64,000 nucleotides of DNA from Gammaproteobacteria bacterium (GTDB lineage Bacteria; Pseudomonadota; Gammaproteobacteria; Eutrophobiales; Eutrophobiaceae). The notes below the pieces were generated by a model. It worked only from the letters and a program-made list of their open reading frames with translations. It did no database searches and had not been told where the DNA came from. Both the position numbers and the translations under genes were made by a program. The stretch covers positions 2,898,082 to 2,962,081 of the forward strand of contig OZ252091.1 in NCBI GenBank assembly GCA_965248145.1. Direction: 5' to 3'. The first letter of the stretch is position 1, and each line of letters begins with the position of its first letter. Shown one piece after another: positions 49,344-58,150 of this stretch.

Positions 49344-50261
49344 TTATACACCGGCGCCATTGAAGCGGGAATAAAAACCTCTGCCAGGTTCGCTCAGGCC
49401 GCCTTCAATGGTTTCCATATTTTCCACCAGGTAGTCTACGGAACCTTTCTGCACTGCGCGGTATATATTTTTTGTGAGATTGTATGCCGCAACGCCCGAC
49501 CAGTTCGGCGGCAGCAGTTCTTCGGGGAGATCGGAATCCTGTAAGAGTATACGACGATACTCGTGAATGAGCAGGGTACGAACCTGAAAACATTGTCCTG
49601 TATCCATTTTTCTTGCCCTGCTGATGGCGCGATAAGCCGCGCGAAAACGCTGAATAAAGTGATTATACTTTTTTTCTATCCCGGCAAGGTTCCAGCAACT
49701 ATATGATAATTTCCTCAATACTTCACGGGAGGCAACGTCTTCGGTATTGGCAATCAGCACGACCACCTTGTCGGTCAGCTTAAACTCCACCAGGGTCTCA
49801 TCCAACGATTGCCGATCAGCGGAGGGATGCGCCAGCATACCCGGAGTTAACGCGCCGTAACCAAGCCACGATAATTCCTTGTACAACAACTCTTTTTCTT
49901 CACCATTGCATGAAGTCGGCAACACCAGGATCCATTTCCCATCCCAGAGCCGTTGATGGGCGGAATAAATCCGGCGCGCGGCCTTCTCATAATGCCTTTG
50001 TCCCGACTCGGTAAAGCTGTAATAACTGCGTCTGCCGACCTGCCTGGCAAGCAGCCAGTCTTCTTTTACCAGCCTGAAGACCGCGGTGCGAATCTGTCTT
50101 TGATTTAAACTGAACGGCGCCAGTACCTTGATCAGACTACCCAGCCAAACGGCGCTGCCATGCTGTGACACCGCATCGCCGAACACACTGACGATCAGCG
50201 ACCCGGTACGAACGGGCTTCCGACCGGCAAATTCCGCCACCAGCTTATTGATCTGCTTCAT
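49344..50261 (-). CDS. paaX: PaaX-family transcriptional repressor
   Basis: 305 aa. The N-terminus SLIVSVFGDAV...GSLIKVLAPFSLNQRQIRTAVFRLVKEDWL is PaaX-like. Confidence 0.75.
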   Translation of the reverse strand: MKQINKLVAEFAGRKPVRTGSLIVSVFGDAVSQHGSAVWLGSLIKVLAPFSLNQRQIRTAVFRLVKEDWLLARQVGRRSYYSFTESGQRHYEKAARRIYSAHQRLWDGKWILVLPTSCNGEEKELLYKELSWLGYGALTPGMLAHPSADRQSLDETLVEFKLTDKVVVLIANTEDVASREVLRKLSYSCWNLAGIEKKYNHFIQRFRAAYRAISRARKMDTGQCFQVRTLLIHEYRRILLQDSDLPEELLPPNWSGVAAYNLTKNIYRAVQKGSVDYLVENMETIEGGLSEPGRGFYSRFNGAGV

Positions 50262-50351
50262 ACCCGCTATTAATACCTAAGTAGTCCCAGGGCAAACGCA
50301 TACTTTTGGATCCACGCCCTTGTTCCCTGGATTACACCATTCCAGGACGCC

Positions 50352-50447
50352 CCGTCATTCTGGCGAATGCCAGAATCCAGTTCAAAAAAACATCCTTGAT
50401 AATAAGGAAAGTTGTCTACTGGATTCCAGCTTTCGCTGGAATGACGG
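50352..50447. repeat. Inverted pair of family-B 32-nt hairpin units separated by 35 nt
   Basis: ccgtcattctggcgaatgccagaatccagt ... ctactggattccagctttcgctggaatgacgg. The stems differ by compensatory changes. Confidence 0.8.
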
Positions 50448-50504
50448 ATTTAATATGTACACTAATTCGGAACAGTTATTCAGTTACAAGTAACAAGGAA
50501 AAAA

Positions 50505-51587
50505 TCACAGGTCGAAATCAACAATGACCCGGGTCGTAACCGGGTGGGCCTGGCAGGTGAGTATATAACCCGCGGCCAGTTCGTCCGCTTCCAGGGCGTG
50601 GTTGATATCCATATCCACTTCCCCTTCCAACAATTTTGCCTTACAGGTTGCGCAGACGCCGCCTTTACAGGCAAACGGCAGGTCAACGCCGTTATCCAGG
50701 GCGCCATCGAGGATGTTTTGGCCGTCTGCAGTCAATTCAAACAGGGTCTGTCGGCCATCGGCATTGATGCTGACCTGCGCCACCATCCCGGCCATCTTCA
50801 TGGCCCGCTCATGGTGTTTTGCCACTCTTGCCGCGGCCGCCTCGGCCGAGGCGGCGAATAGTTCATAATGGATCTTGTTTTCATCAATACCCTGGGCGCG
50901 TAATCCCCGGGATACTTCGGATATCATCGCCTCGGGTCCACACAGGAAAAACTCGTCAACGGAGTGCAGGTCAAGCAGGCGCTGAATTAATTCACCACCT
51001 TTTTTGTTATTGATACGGCCATTCAGGATGTCAATGTCCTGGTGTTCCCGGCTCAGAATATTGATCCACTGGAAGCGGGACATGTACTGATTTTTTACCG
51101 CCTCCAGTTCTTCTTTGAACATGATTGTAGCCACGCGCTGATTGCCATACAGCAAGGTAACCCGACTTGCCGGCTCCCGTTTCAATATGGTCTTGATAAT
51201 TGAGATGATCGGCGTTATGCCGCTACCGGCCGCGATGCACAAATAATTGCGTTCGCTATCCTCGCGCAACGGCGTGAAAAAAGTCCCCTGCGGCGACATG
51301 ACGTCTATCAGATCGCCCTTGCCCAGTTCTTGATTGGCAAACGTTGAGAAAACGCCGCCCGCTATTTTCTTTACGGCAACCCGCAGGGTTCCGTCATCGA
51401 CACCGGAACAAATGGAGTAAGAACGTCTTACCTCATCCCTGTCAATCTCCGCCTTCAACGTCAGGTACTGGCCTTGAGTGAATTGAAAAGTCTCGGCCAG
51501 ACGTTCGGGTACGTCAAACGTCAGACAAACCGCGTTATCCGTTTCATTCCTGATATTACTGAGGGTTAAAGGATGAAATTCCGGCAT
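50505..51587 (-). CDS. paaE: 1,2-phenylacetyl-CoA epoxidase reductase subunit (FNR-like plus 2Fe-2S)
   Basis: 360 aa. RSYSICS FAD motif and the C-terminal CxxxxCxxC...C ferredoxin. Confidence 0.85.
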   Translation of the reverse strand: MPEFHPLTLSNIRNETDNAVCLTFDVPERLAETFQFTQGQYLTLKAEIDRDEVRRSYSICSGVDDGTLRVAVKKIAGGVFSTFANQELGKGDLIDVMSPQGTFFTPLREDSERNYLCIAAGSGITPIISIIKTILKREPASRVTLLYGNQRVATIMFKEELEAVKNQYMSRFQWINILSREHQDIDILNGRINNKKGGELIQRLLDLHSVDEFFLCGPEAMISEVSRGLRAQGIDENKIHYELFAASAEAAAARVAKHHERAMKMAGMVAQVSINADGRQTLFELTADGQNILDGALDNGVDLPFACKGGVCATCKAKLLEGEVDMDINHALEADELAAGYILTCQAHPVTTRVIVDFDL

Positions 51588-52118
51588 TTAAATACATTTG
51601 AAATAGTCGAAGGGTTCCAGGCAATCGTTACATTTATATAAAGCCTTGCACGGGGTTGAACCGAAGCGGCTGATTTCCTCCGTATTTGCGGATTGACAGC
51701 GCGGGCAGTTCAGACCTGTGGCCGGTACGCGCAAACTCTGCTTGGCGGCCGAACCCGCGGGGGGAACAATGCCGTATTGCAACAGTTTCTTCCTGCCTGA
51801 TTCGCTTAACCAATCCGTCGTCCATGCAGGTGAAAGTTGCGTTTTCACTTCGACGTCCGCATAGCCGTTTTCTGTTAAAACGGCCGCTATATCGCTCTCT
51901 ATGGTCTGCATGGCGGGGCAACCACTGTAGGTGGGCGTAATCACGACCTGTAGTCCGCCTTCCTTCCACCGCACGTCCTGTAATATGCCCAAATCAGCAA
52001 TGGTTAAAACGGGGATTTCCGGATCAACAACCTGTTCCAGAACATGTCTTGCCTCTTTTATGATGTCTTCGGCGTTATCATCAGACATGGATGAGGCTAT
52101 TTCCCGGGTAGCGCTCAT
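51588..52118 (-). CDS. paaD: phenylacetyl-CoA epoxidase subunit PaaD
   Basis: VVDPEIPVLTIADLGIL...TPTYSGCPAM is the PaaD/SufT-like pattern. Confidence 0.8.
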   Translation of the reverse strand: MSATREIASSMSDDNAEDIIKEARHVLEQVVDPEIPVLTIADLGILQDVRWKEGGLQVVITPTYSGCPAMQTIESDIAAVLTENGYADVEVKTQLSPAWTTDWLSESGRKKLLQYGIVPPAGSAAKQSLRVPATGLNCPRCQSANTEEISRFGSTPCKALYKCNDCLEPFDYFKCI

Positions 52119-52122
52119 GTCA

Positions 52123-52920
52123 CTACCATTCCAAGCCGGGATAGGCCCTTTGTACGGACTGCATTTCAGCCAACAGGTAACCCATGTGTTCTGAATGCAG
52201 ACCTTGCCGCCCCCCGCTACGAGTAAACTTGGCTTCCGGCCGTTCCAGCGTGGCTTTGTTAAGAACGCTGTTTACTTTTTCATTCCACTGGGCTTCGATG
52301 ATTTTCAGGTCCACGCCGATTTGTTTGGCCTGCATGGTTTGATCGATTTCATCCGCGTCGAACAACTCGAAGGTAAACGGCATCAATTGGGTCACGGCCC
52401 TGCTTATTTTTATATGGCTCTCGCCGGTTCCATCGCCCAGGCGAACTATCCATTCGCCGCTATGGCGCAGGTGATATTCACATTCTTTCAGGGTTTTCGC
52501 CGCAATAGCAGCCAGGGTGGAATCAACGGAGTATTGCAATGCCTGGTAATAGAAATAATCATACGCGTCAACAAAGAACTGCCGGGCCGTGGTAAAGGCA
52601 AAATCACCCACCGGTAATTCCATGATATGAAAATTCCGAAATTCCCGTTCATTGCGAAAATAAGCGAGATCGTCCTCTGTTCTTCCTGCGCCTTCCACCT
52701 CGCCGGCGTATGTCAGTAACATGCGGGCGCGTCCGACCAGGTCCAGCGCGGTATTGGTCATGGCTATATCTTCTTCCACAAAGGGTCCGTGACCACACCA
52801 CTCCGCCAGGCGCTGGCCATTAACCAGGGCATTATCCCCAAGCCTGATGACGTACTGGAATAAGTCCTGTTGCACAGATACGGGGTCAGGTCGCACATTG
52901 CACACGCTGAGGTTTGTCAC
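52123..52920 (-). CDS. paaC: phenylacetyl-CoA epoxidase subunit PaaC
   Basis: YVIRLGDNALVNGQRLAEWCGHGP matches the PaaC N-terminus. Confidence 0.85.
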   Translation of the reverse strand: MTNLSVCNVRPDPVSVQQDLFQYVIRLGDNALVNGQRLAEWCGHGPFVEEDIAMTNTALDLVGRARMLLTYAGEVEGAGRTEDDLAYFRNEREFRNFHIMELPVGDFAFTTARQFFVDAYDYFYYQALQYSVDSTLAAIAAKTLKECEYHLRHSGEWIVRLGDGTGESHIKISRAVTQLMPFTFELFDADEIDQTMQAKQIGVDLKIIEAQWNEKVNSVLNKATLERPEAKFTRSGGRQGLHSEHMGYLLAEMQSVQRAYPGLEW

Positions 52921-52972
52921 AGCTTCACACTCATTTCTTTACGTGTGCAATGTGCGACCTGACCCTGTATGT

Positions 52973-53266
52973 TCATAACTTGAGGTTGTCGGGCACGTCG
53001 TAAAAGGTAGGGTGGCGATAGATCATCTTATCTGTCGCCGGTTCAAAAAAACTGTCTTCGTCCCCGGGCTGACTGGCGATGATATCGGCGGATTTCACCA
53101 CCCAGATGCTGCATCCCTCATTCCGGCGGGTATAGGTATCGCGGGCATATTGCAGGGCCTGCTCACCATCGGCTGCATGAATGCTGCCTGCGTGTTTGTG
53201 ATCCAGTCCCCTCTTGCTACGGATGAAAACCTCCCAGAGAGGCAAACGCCCGGCTTTATCCGACAT
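52973..53266 (-). CDS. paaB: phenylacetyl-CoA epoxidase subunit PaaB
   Basis: LWEVFIRSKRGLDHKHAGSIHAADGEQALQYARDTYTRR. Confidence 0.85.
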   Translation of the reverse strand: MSDKAGRLPLWEVFIRSKRGLDHKHAGSIHAADGEQALQYARDTYTRRNEGCSIWVVKSADIIASQPGDEDSFFEPATDKMIYRHPTFYDVPDNLKL

Positions 53267-53278
53267 GATCTTTTCTCC

Positions 53279-54229
53279 TCAGGCAGCGACTTTATTGGCC
53301 CGTTGCCGTTGTTTGGCCGCGTAGGCCAGGGTGGCTTCCCGCACCCAGGCGCCGTCTTCATGAGCCTGGATACGGGCGCTCAACCGTTCATGGTTACAGG
53401 GGCCGTTGCCGGCAATCACCTGGTAAAATTCGTCCCAGTTTATTTCACCGAAATCGTAATGTCCCCGCGCTTCATTCCACTTCAGGTCAGGGTCGGGGAA
53501 AGTCAGGCCCAGGTATTCGGCCTGGGGAACGGATTGGTCCACGAATTTCTGCCGTAATTCATCATTGCTGTTGCGCTTGATTTTCCATTGCATGGACTGG
53601 GCGGAATGCCGGGAATCCGCGTCACTGGGACCGAACATCATCAATGACGGCCACCACCACCTGTTCACCGCATCCTGCGCCATCGCCTTTTGCTCTGCGG
53701 TCCCTCGGCAAAGGGTCATCAGCAATTCAAAACCCTGGCGGATATGAAAACTCTCTTCCTTGCAAATCCGCACCATAGCCCGGCTGTATGGGCCATAAGA
53801 GCAACGACACAAGGGAATCTGGTTGATGATGGCGGCCGAATCCACCAGCCAGCCAATGGCCCCTATGTCCGCCCAGGTCAGGGTCGGATAATTAAAAATA
53901 CTCGAATATTTGGCCTTGCCGGAATGCAGTTGTTCTATCAACTGTTCCCTGGAGATACCCAGGGTTTCCGCCGCGCAGTATAAATACAAGCCATGTCCCG
54001 CCTCATCCTGTACCTTGGCCAGCAGGATCGCCTTGCGTCTCAGCGTCGGCGCCCGCGTGATCCAGTTCCCCTCCGGCAACTGGCCAACTATCTCGGAATG
54101 GGCATGTTGTGAGATCTGCCTGATCAGGGTTTGCCGGTAGGCGTCCGGCATCCAGTCCCGAGGCTCGATTTTCTCCTCGACGTCTATCCGCCCCTGAAAG
54201 GCCTGTATCAACGTGGCTGTGCTGTTCAT
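53279..54229 (-). CDS. paaA: phenylacetyl-CoA epoxidase catalytic subunit PaaA
   Basis: [60 protein letters not shown]. Confidence 0.9.
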   Translation of the reverse strand: MNSTATLIQAFQGRIDVEEKIEPRDWMPDAYRQTLIRQISQHAHSEIVGQLPEGNWITRAPTLRRKAILLAKVQDEAGHGLYLYCAAETLGISREQLIEQLHSGKAKYSSIFNYPTLTWADIGAIGWLVDSAAIINQIPLCRCSYGPYSRAMVRICKEESFHIRQGFELLMTLCRGTAEQKAMAQDAVNRWWWPSLMMFGPSDADSRHSAQSMQWKIKRNSNDELRQKFVDQSVPQAEYLGLTFPDPDLKWNEARGHYDFGEINWDEFYQVIAGNGPCNHERLSARIQAHEDGAWVREATLAYAAKQRQRANKVAA

Positions 54230-54379
54230 CTGTTTATCGCGTGTATGTTACCGATTAGTTAATGATACAAAATTTATCAACAATGTCAAATTTTTTGTAT
54301 CATACTCTTGATATGGAAAAGCCACAGTTTCCCTTACAAGATGCATCATGTCATTGCATCAAATAAAATCATATATCGT

Positions 54380-55538
54380 TTAATGCTGTAAAAGATTAAA
54401 GAAATCTTCATGAGGGATATGAGAGATTCTCATACGATAACCTAGGCTTCTTTTACATTGGGTCATCCAACCAGCCCATGATCTAGATTCTTTCCATACA
54501 TTAGAATAGTCCTCATGTTTATATGGCGAGGGGACCTTGACTCGCGCCAGCGCTAAACCTAAATCCACCTGATTCGTACAGAGACAGAGCGCACCATGCA
54601 AACTATGATATACGTACCCAAGCGCAGATGAGATTTCCACCCAAACTACATAGCCATCACGCTTCCATTCAGTAATATTTAGCAAATCTGATTTTTAAAT
54701 TGTTCCTTGCCAGATTCGACCCCCGCCAAGGCCATAGCAACAAAGGGTGAAATAATTTCTACGGCCTTATCCACTACTTGGGCTAGCTCGTCGTCCGGCA
54801 GTTTTCCATCTGGTTCAGCTTGTTTCCACTGTACAGCCAATCCTTCATAGAGGTAGCAGATATTATCGTATTGGAGGAGGTAAGGCAGAGAACCCTCAAT
54901 TTTCCCAGTGTGGTATCAGATCAAACCAAGGCTTTTTAACTAAGTTGCCAAATCAAACGGTAAATCGCTAATGTCTCGTAAGCGTTTGCCAGACACCAAG
55001 GTATTCAGTGTATCCAACGAATCGGAGTCTGAAGCATTATCTTTGGTAGCTTCCATCAACTCGCGTAACACGAAATGCTAGACACAATCTATATCACCGA
55101 TAGCATAAGCCAGCGAAGCGATTCGTCCAGGTAAAGGTTCACCGATGACGACGACAATGTGCGGTGTTTTGCCCTTGCGATTGCGTATCAAATTCAATCC
55201 TTCTGTACGTGCGTTTTGCGAGCGATCGCTACGAATCGTCCATTTGCAAGAAATGAAAATTCCCATTCTCCTGGACGCAAATGGAGCAACAACTCGAACG
55301 CATTTTGTAAAAAATCCACGGTCGCCATCTCGAACTGGCTCCCTACTGTTTGTCCGGGCAACTTACCTTCGTTTACATCAATTCCGATGCTGTCCACGAT
55401 ACCCTTACTAATCTTAACACTTGTCGAGTTCCCACTATCGGCATTGTTTGGTATGCCAGTTCCGCTTTTGCGCAATACTTTCTCGCAAATCCGGTTATGA
55501 CAGGCGCGCCGCAGTTCTTCGATCTTTCCTTGACTCAT
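54380..55538 (-). pseudogene. decayed gene downstream of the methyltransferase, most likely the cognate restriction endonuclease, broken into at least 4 frame-shifted fragments
   Basis: Fragments 55194..55538 (MSQGKIEELRRACHNRICEKVLRKSGTGIPNN...), 55078..55266, about 54700..55080 (…KLPDDELAQVVDKAVEIISPFVAMALAGVESGKEQ) and 54380..54685, all on the minus strand in different frames. Low-GC DNA. Confidence 0.4.
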
Positions 55539-56883
55539 GGCTTTATCAATCCAATTACATATTCTTCGTGCATCCGCTTCTCAATTTGTGAACGTTGCTC
55601 TTTGCCCCAGCGCGCAGGCATCATACGCCTATCACGATCCAGACGATGAACACCGATCCCCGCCAAATTAAAACCGATATTTTCGCCAATAGCCGCAAGC
55701 CCTTTCTGTGTTTCCACGTCAATACCACTCAAATTCGAAGTGCCAACGACAATTACAGCCGCTCTACCTTTCTTCAAAACCCGCCGCATTTCGCTTATTA
55801 CGGCGGACATCTCACCAAAATACCGGCGTAAAGCTCCCGCTTTTTTAGAATCAAGCTCGGCCAATCTGGTAAGCGTTTTTTCACATTGTTGCGGCAAACG
55901 ATCAAATTGAGCTCCATTGGTAGCATCATGTCCCAGGTATCGTGCGCGAATCCTTGTGAGGTCCTCGATTTTCCAACCGAACCAAACGAGTAAAAATTTA
56001 TGTGCCCGCATATAATCAATCGCATTGTTCGCATACGGAGGCGAAGTCACGATCAAATCAACGCTTGAAGACGGGATACCAGTTTTATCCGCGTTTGCTA
56101 TTCGAATCTCAACGTTTTGTTTTGCTATAAATCCCCGGTGGAGCAACCCCGTTGCATCCTTAGTATAAGAAGCCAGATTATGTTTTAACCGCTTGACAAA
56201 TTCGACGAATGTCGAGTTCGGGTTTTTATCAATCACCTTATGCGGGCGAGTATGGGCTAAATCACGTGCCAGGGAGACCCCCCCGACTTAGCGATGATTG
56301 ACGCTGAAAAAATCATCTTGAAAAATTTCTGCATCTCATCCTGCTGTAACGCTTCGATACCCTTCAAAAGTGCGAGCAACTCCAATTGTTGCTGTGGCAA
56401 AAACCAGTAATCGACAAATGCTCGTGTCTTTGTATCAAAACGTCGATTCAGTTCCTGTTCTAATTGATCTCGGTCATGATGAAAATTGCGCTGTGCCGAG
56501 TCGATAATTCTGTATCCAGTCTCCAGTGTTTTTGTCGGGTTAATGGCAATCAACTTTGCCTCCGCGATCATCCGTGCCAAAGGGTCAATGTCACAACCGA
56601 TTGCACGCCGCCCTAAACGTGTGGCTTCCACCAGCGTCGTACCTGAACCGAACATAGGATCAAAAACAACCTCATTTTTATCCGAAAGATTTTCAATAAA
56701 GAACTGTGGCAGTTGTGGTGGGAACTTGGCTGGAAAAGGATGCCAGCCATGGGTCAAGTGCTTGCCGTTTGTGCCATGAAAATCCAAATCAGCACACAAT
56801 GCTTCCTGCAGCAAATTGAGGCATTGCCCGTTATTTGGGAAGAGTAATTTATACGAGTCCATTACGATTAAACCTATATCCAA
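55535..56883 (-). pseudogene. DNA (N6-adenine/N4-cytosine) methyltransferase split into two ORFs by a frameshift exactly at a C7 (coding-strand G7) homopolymer
   Basis: ORF 56257..56883 carries motif I (DPMFGSGTT). ORF 55535..56236 carries motif IV (TSPPY). The frames overlap at ccccccc (56278-56284). Inserting one G on the coding strand fuses them: ...AKSGGVSLARDLAHTRPHKVIDKNPN... Confidence 0.6.
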
Positions 56884-57015
56884 CCCGGTTTACTACTTCC
56901 GGGGTAAGCTTCAGAAACAAGTGACGTAAATTCAGATAATAAGTGCAACACCCGAAGAAGTCAGTCAGCTGGTATATTTCACAGTTTGACTGAAACCAAC
57001 TCAAGGGTGATTGCC

Positions 57016-57257
57016 ATGAGCAAGAGATACACACAGCTGACTGAGGCTGAACGATACCATATTTACACGATGAAGAAACAGGGTTATTCGAACACGGCGA
57101 TTGGCCAAGGGATGGGGCGGAGAACGTGGGGATTATCCGGTGCTTCTGCCTGAACCTGGCGCGTTTGCATCCGCACAAGAACAGTATGCGGGGAAAACTC
57201 AAGCAGGCTGGGTGGAGTGATGCGAGGCGGGCTGAAATCCTGTTTGGACAGGCTGCT
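57016..57257 (+). mobile_element. IS scars: IS30-like transposase N-terminal HTH fragment (57016-57150) abutting an ISAs1-like transposase C-terminal tail (about 57150-57257)
   Basis: MSKRYTQLTEAERYHIYTMKKQGYSNTAIGQGMGRR matches the IS30 HTH start. ...CLNLARLHPHKNSMRGKLKQAGWSDARRAEILFGQAA* resembles the ISAs1-family C-terminus (ALNLLK...KRLKAAWDD.YL..VL). Confidence 0.4.
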
Positions 57258-57264
57258 TAAAAGT

Positions 57265-57960
57265 ATGCGGTTGCCCTGCACAACGGATGACATCATTGAA
57301 TATATTCGGGATTACATTAAGAGCAATGAGCCGGGGTCGTTTCCCGATGGAAAAGCAGATTTTCTCATCCACGATAATTACGGCGTTAAGGGTCTGGCGG
57401 CTATGTTTGCGAACACGAATATAGTCCAGGATGAGAATCGTGCCGGGCTCACATGCCATGATGATAAAGGTAATATATTTACTTTGCCTCACTATGTGAG
57501 CACACGTCCGGAAGAAGTCAGTTTTCACCCTGTACGACATACTGACAAGCCGGACCTGGATCTGGAACGAGAGCTGGACGGCGTGACAAAAATCATCCAT
57601 GCGGTTGGCCTTGAACGCGCACCTTTACCAGGAATTCACTATAAGGGGCGGTGCTGGATAGACGAAGAGGTGAGCTACGATCGATCTTCATGTCGCATTA
57701 CATACTGTCAGAATAACAAATCGGATACTGATGAGAGGAAAGCGCGTCACTTTCCTGGTCTTTACGGGGCTGGCCACGCTTTTCCGGAAGAGAGGGTATT
57801 CCGTCACGTGCCCGATGAAATTGGTTTGAGATGGGACCAGGTAATTGCGGATGAGCATGTGAGTAATTTGCTACAGGAGAAAGAGACAACCGAAGGAGTC
57901 TCAGATTTTGCACTGACGGCCAAGGAAAAATTAGTCCCGGCAATCTTGCAGATTAGGTAA
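57265..57960 (+). CDS. hypothetical protein (231 aa from MRLPCTTDD; the ORF is open from 57217)
   Basis: Long ORF between the IS scars and the high-GC island; no recognisable domain. Confidence 0.35.
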   Translation: MRLPCTTDDIIEYIRDYIKSNEPGSFPDGKADFLIHDNYGVKGLAAMFANTNIVQDENRAGLTCHDDKGNIFTLPHYVSTRPEEVSFHPVRHTDKPDLDLERELDGVTKIIHAVGLERAPLPGIHYKGRCWIDEEVSYDRSSCRITYCQNNKSDTDERKARHFPGLYGAGHAFPEERVFRHVPDEIGLRWDQVIADEHVSNLLQEKETTEGVSDFALTAKEKLVPAILQIR

Positions 57961-58127
57961 TATTGATCGAATAACGAAATTCAGGCGAGATTAGAATTAG
58001 ACTTCCCCTGGTTTGCATGACACCCTCATTCTCACAAACGATCGTTTTTGAGAAGGCCTGTCAGGATCTGTCAAAGACGTATTGACCGTTCGGGGACGGA
58101 GTTCACATCCATCCTTGTTTTACCATT

Positions 58128-58150
58128 ACCCTGCTCTACCACGGCAGGGT
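58128..58150 (-). terminator. hairpin overlapping the autotransporter stop codon (accctgc-N9-gcagggt)
   Basis: 7-bp stem with a 9-nt loop. No strong U-tract follows. Confidence 0.25.
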
